Source: an uncultured Thermotogae bacterium
GTDB lineage: Bacteria > Bipolaricaulota > Bipolaricaulia > M55B111
Assembly (NCBI GenBank): GCA_964513485.1
Contig: CAZENJ010000001.1
Coordinates: forward strand, 23,425 to 57,482
DNA length: 34,058 nucleotides
Direction of reading: 5' to 3'
In this document: positions 9,381-18,969 of the stretch, piece after piece
Layout: each line of letters starts with the position of its first letter
How positions within the stretch are numbered: position 1 is the stretch's first letter
The notes under the pieces: generated by a model
What the model was told of the DNA's origin: nothing
Seen by the model: only the letters and a program-made list of their open reading frames with translations
The model's database searches: none
Made by a program: the position numbers and the translations under genes

Positions 9381-10346
9381 TCAATTCCTGTGGCGGAGGA
9401 ATTCTTTTACTTCGGTTAAACTGGGGAAAGAGGAAGTGGCACCGTAGTCCGTCGTGGTCAGGGCTCCGGTTGCATTGCCGAATTTCAGGGCTTTCTCCAG
9501 GGGTTCTAGTTCAAGGACTGACAGATCGGCCCCCTGGTTCAGCAGACTCGCGAAAAAACCGGCAAGAAAACCGTCTCCGGCTCCGGTAGTATCCTTGACG
9601 TCGACGTCGAACCCATCAATTTTATTTGTCACGCCTTCATAATAAAATTTGCAACCTCGATCGCCCAGCGTTACGACCACCAGATCCGGCCCAAGTTCGG
9701 ATAGACGGATCATCCCGGCCCGGAGATCTTCGAGGCCGGTGAAGAATTCTACCTCTTCCTCGCTCAATTTTATGATGTCGACGTCCTCGAGGAGATCGCG
9801 GACCATCCGCCTTAATTTCTCGGTATCGTCCCAGAGATCAAGGCGCACGTTTGGATCCAGGGAGACGGTCAGACCGTTCTCTTGCGCGTATTCGATAGCC
9901 TGTATCGTTGCTTCCCGCGATTCTTCCTTCGTTAAAGAAAGAGAACCGAAGTGAAGGACCCGGGCCCGGCTTAAATAATTTTCGTCTATCTCTTCCGGTC
10001 GCAGTAATTCGTCCGCGCCTGGATTCCTGTAGAAGATGAAGTCCCTTTCTCCTTCCGAGGTCAGAGAAACGAACGCAAGGGTGGTATGCGCTAGGTCGCT
10101 TCTGTATAAGTGGTCTACGTTCACTCCCTCTCGGGCCATTTCGCTCTCGAGAAAATCACCAAAACTATCCCGCCCGACTTTGCCAATGAATCCAGGGCTC
10201 CTTCCGATCTGAGCCAGGCCAATTGCCACGTTCGCGGGGGCACCGCCAAACCGTTTATAGAACCCCGGAACGCCGGCAAGGTTTACGCCCGATTCCGTCG
10301 GGACGAAATCGATCAGGGCTTCTCCGAGACTAATAACGTCTATCAT
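9381..10346 (-). CDS. PfkB-family carbohydrate kinase (fructokinase-like)
   Basis: GEALIDF, GGAPANVA, DPNVR, KLSEEE and DTTGAGDGF motifs. Confidence 0.93.
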   Translation of the reverse strand: MIDVISLGEALIDFVPTESGVNLAGVPGFYKRFGGAPANVAIGLAQIGRSPGFIGKVGRDSFGDFLESEMAREGVNVDHLYRSDLAHTTLAFVSLTSEGERDFIFYRNPGADELLRPEEIDENYLSRARVLHFGSLSLTKEESREATIQAIEYAQENGLTVSLDPNVRLDLWDDTEKLRRMVRDLLEDVDIIKLSEEEVEFFTGLEDLRAGMIRLSELGPDLVVVTLGDRGCKFYYEGVTNKIDGFDVDVKDTTGAGDGFLAGFFASLLNQGADLSVLELEPLEKALKFGNATGALTTTDYGATSSFPSLTEVKEFLRHRN

Positions 10347-10469
10347 ATCGCTACATTATAAGGGATATAGAACAAAATTAAACTTCTTAACTTGGATTGG
10401 GTCTTGTGGATCGGGAAGAAATGCTGGCGTTATTTATTTTTCCCCTGTTAGGTATTATCATTGGAGGCT

Positions 10470-11117
10470 ATGAAAATTAACTTAGTCTCATTTGACGCCG
10501 ACGGCACTATAGTGAAGGACAGTTACGTCGATAAATTCTGGTTTCAGGAGTTACCCAGGCTTTACGCAAGAAAAAAAGGAATCGAACTTTCTGAAGCCAG
10601 GGAGACCGTAACTTCCAAATACAATGAAATAGGGGACGAGGACATAAGATGGTATCAACCGGAGTACTGGTTCGACAGGTTTGAGCTGGAAGAGGACCCG
10701 GGTGAAGTGATAGAGAGGATTCAGGTGCCGGAGAACGTCGAACTATACCGGGACGCCGTTGAACTGATTGAAGATATTTACGGCGCTTATGGGCTCGTAG
10801 TTACGTCCAACGCGCCCCGGGTATTTCTCGAATACGCATTGAGAAGTATTGAGGATCGCTTTCGGAAGGTTTATTCCTGTGTGACTGATTTTGGAGAGGT
10901 CAAAAAGCACCCCGGAGTTTATCAGAAGGTCGCGGAGCGCGTCGGAGTAAATGCCGGTGAGATGGTTCACGTTGGGGATCACTGGCGGTTTGACTATCAG
11001 GTGCCGAGGGAACTGGGCATTACGAGTTTTTACATCGATAGAGATACCGGGGCGGAAGAAAGAGCCGAGAACGTTTTAACGGATCTGCGTCAGTTGAGGG
11101 AATATCTCCCCGGATAA
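10470..11117 (+). CDS. HAD-superfamily hydrolase
   Basis: FDADGT (motif I), TSN, K and HVGD...D motifs; start could be TTG 10461. Confidence 0.88.
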   Translation: MKINLVSFDADGTIVKDSYVDKFWFQELPRLYARKKGIELSEARETVTSKYNEIGDEDIRWYQPEYWFDRFELEEDPGEVIERIQVPENVELYRDAVELIEDIYGAYGLVVTSNAPRVFLEYALRSIEDRFRKVYSCVTDFGEVKKHPGVYQKVAERVGVNAGEMVHVGDHWRFDYQVPRELGITSFYIDRDTGAEERAENVLTDLRQLREYLPG

Positions 11118-11122
11118 ATACC

Positions 11123-12013
11123 CTAACCAGCTTCTTTTGTTCTTCTTTTGGTTCTGATATCACCTATGTAGAGAAATAGCCCTGAGATCATTACCAGCCC
11201 TCCGCCCATAACAGTTGGTGGGTTAAGCCTCTCTCCCAGAAAGAAAACAGCCATCAGTGCGGCGGAAAGTGGCTCGACGGTTATCAGTATCACTGATGAA
11301 AGGCCCGCTCTGGTTTCTTTCAATCCCCGTGCAAACAGGGAATAACCGAGAAGCGTTGAAACAAGTACCAGGCCCAGAAGCGGAGGTAGGGTGCCATCTC
11401 CCGGTTTGAAGGTAAAGCCCCCGAGTAGAGCAACCGGTAAAAGTCCAGTTCCGCCAACAAATGCCGGCCAGAACAGGGTTTGGAGCGTGGTTCTGTTTTC
11501 TCCCAGGTTCTTCAATACGAGGAGGGCGGCGGTATAGGTAATGCCGGAAACAAAAGCGATACTGTAACCGATGATCGAAGTAAATCCACGGCTGAAGCCG
11601 ACGTTATAAATTAAAAATACTCCGGCGATGGTTCCCAGGAGTGAAATTATTTCGTAATATGTTACCTCCTCGTTCAGGAACAAATAAGAGTAAAGAATCG
11701 TGGTGAAAGGGAATGCCAGATAATGCAGAAAGACGGCCTCGGAAACAGGTATCAACAGCAGTGATTTTAAATAGAGGCTAAAAGTGGTCGCGAAACCAAT
11801 AACTCCTCCGATTATTACGGTATATATTTCCCGGCGAGAATTGAGCCGAATCTTTTTTCTGGTTCCTTTTATCATCTGATAGAGGTAAATCAGGGCTGCT
11901 GTCGAGAGCAACCGGATCGAGACGATTAGCAGCGTCGAAATATTGTCCCCTATCAGGTTGACGAAGAGGCCGATCGTGCCAAAACTGATTCCGGCCAGTA
12001 TTAAATAAAACAT
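11123..12013 (-). CDS. EamA/DMT-family transporter
   Basis: About 10 TM helices in two repeats; FLNEEV and EPLSAALMAVFFLGERL motifs. Confidence 0.9.
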   Translation of the reverse strand: MFYLILAGISFGTIGLFVNLIGDNISTLLIVSIRLLSTAALIYLYQMIKGTRKKIRLNSRREIYTVIIGGVIGFATTFSLYLKSLLLIPVSEAVFLHYLAFPFTTILYSYLFLNEEVTYYEIISLLGTIAGVFLIYNVGFSRGFTSIIGYSIAFVSGITYTAALLVLKNLGENRTTLQTLFWPAFVGGTGLLPVALLGGFTFKPGDGTLPPLLGLVLVSTLLGYSLFARGLKETRAGLSSVILITVEPLSAALMAVFFLGERLNPPTVMGGGLVMISGLFLYIGDIRTKRRTKEAG

Positions 12014-12159
12014 GGATTAAGTATAACTGGCTTTAGCTCCAGTTAAACCCGAAATCGGGATACGATAAGTGGTGGTCGCCCTCCGACTTGTCAGGTAAAA
12101 TTTCCTAAATCCAAGTTTTATTGAATTATAACTTTTTTGCGAAGATGACGGGAGAATAT

Positions 12160-12942
12160 ATGAACAGGAAGATGCGCGTACCGCTGATATCGGTGATAAT
12201 TGCGCTTATCCTCGCGGGTGTCGGTGCGGCGGCCTGGTTTGTCCGACCGCAGGGCGTTATGGAACGGGCCCTGGAAGTACTTGAAGGCGGGGAATCCGTC
12301 CGGGTCGAGGAGTTCGATCTGGGCGGGGTCAGCGGGTTTCGTTTTTCTCCCGAGAACGTAAAAGCCGACGCGGGGCTCATATTCTATCCCGGAGCCAGGG
12401 TCCCCGCGCGGGCTTACGCCCCCCAGGCCCTGGGAATAGCCGGAGAGGGATACAGTGTTTACCTTGTTAGCGTGCCGGTAAACCTGGCGGTCCTGGGCTG
12501 GAAAAAAGCTGGAAAGGTTATTTCTGCCCGGAAGGATATCGAGTCCTGGGTTGTTGGCGGACACTCCATGGGGGGAGCTATGGCTGCCCGATTTGTTGCC
12601 AGTACGGATTATCGCGTTGCGGGCCTGGTGCTCTGGGCTTCGTACCCGCCCGAAGGAGCCAGTTTCCCCGGGAGTCTGGACGTATTAAGTATTACCGGGA
12701 CCAGGGACGAAATAATAAATCGGAAAAAGATTGCTCGTTCCCGAGAACAACTTCCGCCGGAGACGGAATTCGTCGAAATCGTCGGTGGCAACCACAGTCA
12801 GTTCGGCTGGTACGGTTTTCAGACCGGTGACGGACAGGCCAGAATCAGCCGAAAGGAGCAGCAGGACATAGTTGTTGCGGAAACCGTCGGTTTGCTGGAA
12901 AAGGTGATGGAGTCCCGAAGGGGTTCCAGCACTTCCCGCTGA
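12160..12942 (+). CDS. Membrane-anchored alpha/beta hydrolase (carboxylesterase-like)
   Basis: IFYPGA, GGHSMGG nucleophile elbow, GTRD and GGNHSQFGWYG; ATG 12160 follows GGGAGA. Confidence 0.88.
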   Translation: MNRKMRVPLISVIIALILAGVGAAAWFVRPQGVMERALEVLEGGESVRVEEFDLGGVSGFRFSPENVKADAGLIFYPGARVPARAYAPQALGIAGEGYSVYLVSVPVNLAVLGWKKAGKVISARKDIESWVVGGHSMGGAMAARFVASTDYRVAGLVLWASYPPEGASFPGSLDVLSITGTRDEIINRKKIARSREQLPPETEFVEIVGGNHSQFGWYGFQTGDGQARISRKEQQDIVVAETVGLLEKVMESRRGSSTSR

Positions 12943-13039
12943 TCTATAGCTGACCTGTCCTTTCTAACATAAGAAAAATTTTACCAGATATCCTGAAGCC
13001 TACGATTTCGGCCAATCTGAATTATTATACTTGGTGGGC

Positions 13040-13045
13040 TATAAT
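13040..13045 (+). promoter_or_regulatory. -10 box upstream of rod element A
   Basis: Perfect TATAAT with CTGAAT 17 bp upstream; predicted start about 13052. Confidence 0.5.
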
Positions 13046-13063
13046 TAATTGAAATGAAGATCT

Positions 13064-13189
13064 TTCCACCCAGGGAGGGTAGGGTCGGCCGGGAAAAGGT
13101 TTTTCCTTGCCGGGTTTTATGCCTCCTTTCCTGGCAAGGTTCTCCCCTCCCCGGTCCTTTTGAGAGACTCTAACCCAACCTGGGTGGGA
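13064..13189 (+). ncRNA. Candidate structured ncRNA, rod element A (unassigned family)
   Basis: Four nested stems: 13064-74/13179-89, 13077-86/13166-76, 13087-93/13150-56, 13105-14/13130-39. The non-Watson-Crick pairs are G-U on the + strand. Shares motifs with 28116-28235. Confidence 0.55.
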
Positions 13190-13201
13190 TTATGACAGGC
13201 A

Positions 13202-13219
13202 TTTTATGATATCATAAAA
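13202..13219. promoter_or_regulatory. Perfect 18-bp palindrome, putative operator
   Basis: TTTTATGATATCATAAAA equals its own reverse complement. Confidence 0.45.
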
Positions 13220-13256
13220 CGGGTTTTTGAATCAACTAAATTCTGCCTTCGTTTAA

Positions 13257-13286
13257 TTTACATGTCCCCGTCATATTTGTTATTTT
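13257..13286 (+). promoter_or_regulatory. Putative promoter of the S9 peptidase gene
   Basis: TTTACA-N18-TATTTT with a TGn extension. Confidence 0.4.
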
Positions 13287-13341
13287 ATTACGGTCCAGTG
13301 GGCCGAGATCAAAATTTTGCATGTCCTCTGGAGGGGAAAGC

Positions 13342-15282
13342 ATGAAAAAAGTTAAAAGTTACGGTTCCTGGAAGTCACCTATTACTGCGGACAAAGTCGC
13401 ATCGGGAAAGGTTGGTCTGAGTGAAATAAAACTGGGGAACAACTCCGTCTACTGGCTTGAGACGCGACCGGGTGAGGATGGAAGAACGGTCCTGGTTACT
13501 ATAGACGAAGCCGGTAACACGCGGGACGTCACGCCGGAAGGCTTCAACGTGCGGAATCGGGTGCATGAATACGGCGGCGGTTCTTACGAGATCGGGGACG
13601 AAGCAATTTACTTCTCGAACTTTGAAGACCAGAGAGTTTACCGGTTGGATTTCGGTCAGAAGCCAGGCCCCATTTCTCCCGAGGCCAGTTTAAGGTACGC
13701 GGATTACGTTATGGACGGGGCGAGGAGCAGGCTCATCTCCGTCTGTGAGGACCACACTGGAGAAGGGGAGGCGGAAAATTATCTCGCCTCGCTCGATGTT
13801 ACCGGATCCGGTTCTCATACTGTTTTGTCCCGCGGTCACGATTTTTACGCCGCCCCGAGAATTTCTCCCTTAGGTGACAGACTTGCCTGGATCACGTGGG
13901 ATCATCCCCGAATGCCGTGGGACGGGACTTCTCTTCACGTGGGTGAGCTAAACGGAAAAGGAAAAATAGAAAACGAAAAAGTGGTCGCCGGAGGCGAGGC
14001 GGAATCGGTAATCGTGCCGAAATGGAACGACACCGGTCTATTGTACTTCGTTTCCGACAGGTCCGGCTGGTGGAATATCTATCGCTGGAACGGTAACAGG
14101 GTTAGCCCGGTTACCGAGAGGAGAGCGGAATTCGGCGGACCGGGGTGGCAATTTGGCCTATCCACTTTTGACTTCCCCGGGCAGGGTGAAATCGTTTATA
14201 CCTATACGGAGCACGGCCGCTGGTTCCTTGGCAAGAAGGCTTTAGATTCCGGGGAAATCGAGACCTATGATGTGGATTACACTCAGATAGCTTCTTTAAA
14301 GGCGGCGGGTGACAGGGTATTTTTCCTTGGTGGAGGACCCCAATCTCCATCCAGCATCGTAGAATTTTCCAGGAGGACGAAAAAAGTTCGGTCGCTGAAA
14401 ACTTCCACTTCCTTCGAAATTGAAGAAAGCTATATCTCTATTCCCGATTCGATAAAATTCGAATCCGATACCGGAGAAGCTCACGGCTTTTTTTACAGGC
14501 CGAAAAACAGAAAGTTCCAGGGACCGGAGTCCGAGAAGCCACCGCTACTCGTAATCAGTCATGGCGGGCCTACCTCCTCTACCTGCGACACCCTATCCCA
14601 TAAAATTCAGTTCTGGACTACGCGAGGTTTTGCCGTGCTGGACGTGAATTACCGGGGAAGCACCGGGTTTGGTCGGGACTACAGAGAAAAACTCAAAGGG
14701 AACTGGGGGCTGGTTGACGTCGAAGACTGCGCAAATGGAGCACTGTATCTGGCTGAAAACGACGAAGTCGACAGGGACCGGTTGATCATCCGCGGCGGCA
14801 GCGCCGGGGGTTATACCACGCTCGCCTCTCTGGCTTTTACTGATGTATTCCGGGCCGGCGCAAGTTACTACGGTGTCAGTGATCCGGTTAAGCTGACTGA
14901 GAGTACTCACAAATTCGAATCCCGGTACCTGGATGGTTTGATCGGCCCCTATCCGGAGGAAAAGAAAAAATATGAAGATCGGTCGCCGATTAAACACCAG
15001 GAGGACATTACTTCTCCGGTAATATTTTTCCAGGGGGAAGAAGACAGGGTCGTCCCGCCTTCTCAGGCGGAGGATATGTACCGCTCTCTTGTAAACCGCG
15101 GTATCCCTACGGCTTATCTGCTTTTCGAAGGTGAGCAGCACGGTTTTAGAAAAGAGAAGAACATTAGAAGGGCTCTGGAGGCGGAAATGTTCTTCTATGC
15201 AAAAATATTTGGATTTGACCTGGTCGACGATGTGGAGCGGGTCTCGATTGAGAATATCGAAAACGCCGGGCCCAATCAGTAA
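13342..15282 (+). CDS. S9 family peptidase (prolyl oligopeptidase/acylaminoacyl peptidase-like)
   Basis: YGSWKSPIT, HGGPT, NYRGSTGFG, GGSAGG, QGEEDRVVP and EGEQHGF motifs; SD GGAGGGG before ATG 13342. Confidence 0.93.
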   Translation: MKKVKSYGSWKSPITADKVASGKVGLSEIKLGNNSVYWLETRPGEDGRTVLVTIDEAGNTRDVTPEGFNVRNRVHEYGGGSYEIGDEAIYFSNFEDQRVYRLDFGQKPGPISPEASLRYADYVMDGARSRLISVCEDHTGEGEAENYLASLDVTGSGSHTVLSRGHDFYAAPRISPLGDRLAWITWDHPRMPWDGTSLHVGELNGKGKIENEKVVAGGEAESVIVPKWNDTGLLYFVSDRSGWWNIYRWNGNRVSPVTERRAEFGGPGWQFGLSTFDFPGQGEIVYTYTEHGRWFLGKKALDSGEIETYDVDYTQIASLKAAGDRVFFLGGGPQSPSSIVEFSRRTKKVRSLKTSTSFEIEESYISIPDSIKFESDTGEAHGFFYRPKNRKFQGPESEKPPLLVISHGGPTSSTCDTLSHKIQFWTTRGFAVLDVNYRGSTGFGRDYREKLKGNWGLVDVEDCANGALYLAENDEVDRDRLIIRGGSAGGYTTLASLAFTDVFRAGASYYGVSDPVKLTESTHKFESRYLDGLIGPYPEEKKKYEDRSPIKHQEDITSPVIFFQGEEDRVVPPSQAEDMYRSLVNRGIPTAYLLFEGEQHGFRKEKNIRRALEAEMFFYAKIFGFDLVDDVERVSIENIENAGPNQ

Positions 15283-15315
15283 AGCTCGTATCGTTATAAG
15301 AAGGAGGTATTAGGG

Positions 15316-16875
15316 TTGAGAAAAAGCTGGAACGGATCTACCTGGTCATGGTTCGTTAAAACCATCGGCGGAATACTTATCTTTGCCATCGTTGTCGCCG
15401 GTATATCCATCTATTTTGCCAGACAGGAGAAACCGGTAATCTACCAGTTCAATCCGCAGAAAGCTTATATTTATACGGAATACGATGATTTTTATCAGCT
15501 TGAGCTTCCGGATGAGCTCCAGAAAAAGGTATCACTCTTTTCCGACGGCTTCCATCCGGCCTGTCTGTTTGGTTGCAGGAGGAGTATGACCCGGGAGGAG
15601 GCCCGAAGGGCGATGATTCTCGGAGCGGAAAAAGCCGGGGAAGAAGCTGAAGCAAGGTTTGCTTATCTGGATCCGGGCGAGGAGATAACTATAAGTTTCG
15701 ACATGGGAAAAGGGAAACGGATCCGGGAAAGGTACCCTTACGTGGACAGGCTAATTCTAAAGTTGAAGGATGCTGAGAAAGCTTCCGATTTCTCCGTTAC
15801 TGCTTCCGGGTACGAGTACGGCCCCGGCGATAAATCACCGAGTAAGGATTCCGAGATGGAACGGATCGAGCTTAGCTATCAGGGTCCGTTTGGAGAATAT
15901 TCGGTCTATTCACTCTCTAATCCCCTGTACGTGGCTCAGTTGAAGCTCGGCAACCCGAGCGGCATAGAGAAACCGCTGGCTCTGAAGTCAGTCAGCGTGT
16001 ATCTTGAAAGGTCGGGCTATAGATCGATAATTTCGAGCCTTAAATCGGAGATAACGGAAAAGGTGGCTCGGGACGAACTGCTCAAACCGGACGAAATGAT
16101 CGCCAGGTTGGAAGGGACTTACCGGCTCGACCCTTACTCTCCCATGACTGATTACCTCCTGGCACGGTTGAATCTCAATACGGGCAATTACGATAGCGGG
16201 CTGGATCATCTACAAAAAGCCGCGAGCAAGCAGGAAAAATACGGAGAATTTCTGGAGACCGGCTTGAAGCCCAAGGATATATATGCCACGAAAGCGAGGT
16301 TACAGAAAGGCCTGGGGCGCTGGGAAGAAGCAATTGAGAACATGAAAAAGACTGCTCCGGAGATCGATCGGAGTTTTCTCTCGGAGGTTTACCTGGAAAA
16401 ATATAAAGAATCCGGGGAAAAGCGTGACCTGCGGAAATCCTATCTAAACGGAATTATTTCCGCCAGCAATACGCCCAGAAACCTGCTTTCGGTCCTGGAG
16501 AAGTATCGCGGTGACCGAAAACTTCTGAGCTACGGTCTGGAGTACTTCGAGGCGGAAATAAAAAGGGAAGGAGAGACATATTTTTTGACTGCGGACGGGA
16601 GGGTTTCACCATTTATGATGGAGACCGGGAAATCGCTACTACTTCTCTGGCTCGGAAGAAATGGTTCCCTTGCAGAGTCGCTCTCAGCACTCGAGAGTTT
16701 ACGGGAAAGCTCTGACAGCAAGGAGAAAAAGGCATTGATAGGGGCAGTAGAGAGCAGGCTGTATAGGTCACTATCCGAAGGAGGTAAAGCGAAAGAGTTG
16801 AAGGCGGAGGCCCTGGAGTTCTTCGACAATTACGTCAACCTCTACGAAGACTGGCTGGGGCTTCTGGGAGAATAA
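15316..16875 (+). CDS. Membrane-anchored hypothetical protein with TPR-like helical repeats
   Basis: Strong SD AAGGAGG and TTG start; N-terminal TM; TPR-like segments (LARLNLNTGNYDSGLDHLQKA; KARLQKGLGRWEEAIENMKK). Confidence 0.7.
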   Translation: MRKSWNGSTWSWFVKTIGGILIFAIVVAGISIYFARQEKPVIYQFNPQKAYIYTEYDDFYQLELPDELQKKVSLFSDGFHPACLFGCRRSMTREEARRAMILGAEKAGEEAEARFAYLDPGEEITISFDMGKGKRIRERYPYVDRLILKLKDAEKASDFSVTASGYEYGPGDKSPSKDSEMERIELSYQGPFGEYSVYSLSNPLYVAQLKLGNPSGIEKPLALKSVSVYLERSGYRSIISSLKSEITEKVARDELLKPDEMIARLEGTYRLDPYSPMTDYLLARLNLNTGNYDSGLDHLQKAASKQEKYGEFLETGLKPKDIYATKARLQKGLGRWEEAIENMKKTAPEIDRSFLSEVYLEKYKESGEKRDLRKSYLNGIISASNTPRNLLSVLEKYRGDRKLLSYGLEYFEAEIKREGETYFLTADGRVSPFMMETGKSLLLLWLGRNGSLAESLSALESLRESSDSKEKKALIGAVESRLYRSLSEGGKAKELKAEALEFFDNYVNLYEDWLGLLGE

Positions 16876-17129
16876 AACCTATTCCCGACATCGAGGGTCT
16901 TTGAGGTTAATACCCCCCGCTTCCGGGTACCAGGACGGGGTTGAAGGTACAAATATTCTCGCTATCATTGTTTGTTCTTCGTTCCGAAGCTTTGCAGCAG
17001 AGGTTTGAGCGAAAAATTACCTGCCGGGGTCTCGCGTTTTTGAAATTCGGAGTTGTTAGTTTTACAGAGGTTTTTCTACAAGCCCAGCCCGGAAGAGCGA
17101 GGAAATGACGTTTAGAGAGTGGTTCTACG

Positions 17130-18920
17130 ATGGATAAAGTTAGAGACGAAGAGGACTATTCTGATTACTCGAAGACTTACCTTTTGGAGAGGTTTTACCG
17201 GGATTACCTGAGGCCCAATTTGCTGGAATACCTCCCGATTCAGGTCCTCCACGTCCTGGGGGCGCTTGCCGGCCTGGTTCCGCCGCTACTGCTGCGAAAT
17301 CTGATTGATAGCGCCATCCCGGCAAAGAACCTGAACAGGATGATTACCCTTTCCCTCTGGGCATTTGGCGCCTTTTCCATTATCGCCCTGGTCAGATTTG
17401 CCAGAAACTATTTCGGCCACAGAATTGCCCAGAAGGTGGTCTTCGATATGAGAAACGACATATACGATCACTTCCAGAAACTACCCCTGAAATTTCACGA
17501 CAGCAAGAAGACGGGCGAGCTGATGTCGCGGATCATCGATGACCTGAACGTGCTGCAGGAGTTTATCCATCACGGCCCTGAAGGTTTTCTTCAGGCCACC
17601 ACGACGATTTCCGGCGTTCTGGTGATCCTTTTTCTCATGGACGTTCCGCTGACTTTAATTGCCCTGTCTTTTACACCATTTCTTTTTGCTTTTGCAGTTA
17701 TTCTGATCAAACGAATGCACCGGGCTTTCCGGAGAAATCGTGAAGCCAAGGGAAAGTTAAACGACCGGCTTGAAGATAACCTGGCGGGAATGAAGGTGAT
17801 AAAGTCCTTCGCCAATGAGGATTACGAGATGGAGCGCTTCTTTGAGAAGAACGAAGAACACTATGACGCCCGAGCTTCGGCGATAAAGTATTTCAGCACC
17901 CTGGGGCCGGTTTCCTATTTTCTCAACAGTTTTGGACTAATTTTGACCATTGGCTACGGTGGGTATCTCGTCTATCAGGGTTCGCTTACGGCGGGCACTA
18001 TTGTCGCCTTTTATACTTACCTGATAAGGTTCAGGGCGCCGATTCTTCGTATGGTCCAGATAAGCCAGCGGTTGAGCAGGTTTTTTGCGAGCACCGAAAG
18101 GTTCTTCTCTCATCTGGATATAGAACCGGAAATAGTCCATTCTGCCGGCGGGTACAAGAAGCCCGAGGAAGAGGTCCAGGGGAGAGTGGAGTACGAGGGG
18201 GTCCACTTTGATTACAGCGAGGGAGAGACGGTATTGACCGACATCAATTTGACCGTTGCCCCAAAACAGACCGTCGCCCTGGTTGGTCCGAGCGGCGCGG
18301 GCAAGACGACCCTGGTCCGGCTGCTGCCGAGACTTTATGACGTAAACGAGGGGGCAGTAAAGCTTGACGGAGTTGACGTGAGGCAATGGGATCTCCGCCA
18401 CCTGCGGAGGAATATCGCCATGGTCATGCAGGATGACTACCTGTTTTCCGGCACTATAACGGAAAACATTTCTTACGGCAAGCCCGACGTCACGGAGGAG
18501 GAAGTGATCAGATACGCCCGGGAGGCAAACGTCGACGAGTTCATTTCCGACCTCGCCGACGGCTACGAGACGGATATCGGCCAGCGGGGGGTAAAATTGT
18601 CCGGCGGCCAGAAACAGAGAATTTCGATAGCCCGGGCCCTGATACAGGACCCGACTATTCTGGTTCTTGACGAGGCAACTTCCTCCGTCGACACATATAC
18701 GGAAAAGTTAATCCAGGAAGCCATCGATAAGGTTTCCATGGGACGCACGACCTTTACGATCGCTCACAGATTATCTACGATAACAAACGCGGACAAGATA
18801 CTGTTCGTAAAGTCCGGGGAGATTATCGAGAAGGGAAAATTCGAGGCACTGATGGAAAAGCGAGGCGAGTTTTATGATTTCTATCAGCTTCAGTTCGAAC
18901 AACTCTCCGAGCCGGCCTGA
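17130..18920 (+). CDS. ABC exporter, fused permease + ATPase (MsbA/Sav1866-like)
   Basis: N-terminal TM domain; GPSGAGKT, LSGGQKQR, LDEATS and IAHRLST motifs. Confidence 0.95.
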   Translation: MDKVRDEEDYSDYSKTYLLERFYRDYLRPNLLEYLPIQVLHVLGALAGLVPPLLLRNLIDSAIPAKNLNRMITLSLWAFGAFSIIALVRFARNYFGHRIAQKVVFDMRNDIYDHFQKLPLKFHDSKKTGELMSRIIDDLNVLQEFIHHGPEGFLQATTTISGVLVILFLMDVPLTLIALSFTPFLFAFAVILIKRMHRAFRRNREAKGKLNDRLEDNLAGMKVIKSFANEDYEMERFFEKNEEHYDARASAIKYFSTLGPVSYFLNSFGLILTIGYGGYLVYQGSLTAGTIVAFYTYLIRFRAPILRMVQISQRLSRFFASTERFFSHLDIEPEIVHSAGGYKKPEEEVQGRVEYEGVHFDYSEGETVLTDINLTVAPKQTVALVGPSGAGKTTLVRLLPRLYDVNEGAVKLDGVDVRQWDLRHLRRNIAMVMQDDYLFSGTITENISYGKPDVTEEEVIRYAREANVDEFISDLADGYETDIGQRGVKLSGGQKQRISIARALIQDPTILVLDEATSSVDTYTEKLIQEAIDKVSMGRTTFTIAHRLSTITNADKILFVKSGEIIEKGKFEALMEKRGEFYDFYQLQFEQLSEPA

Positions 18921-18969
18921 TAACGAACGAAGGGCCGGGACAAAATAAAAAAGTGAGGTTCTAAAAGAT

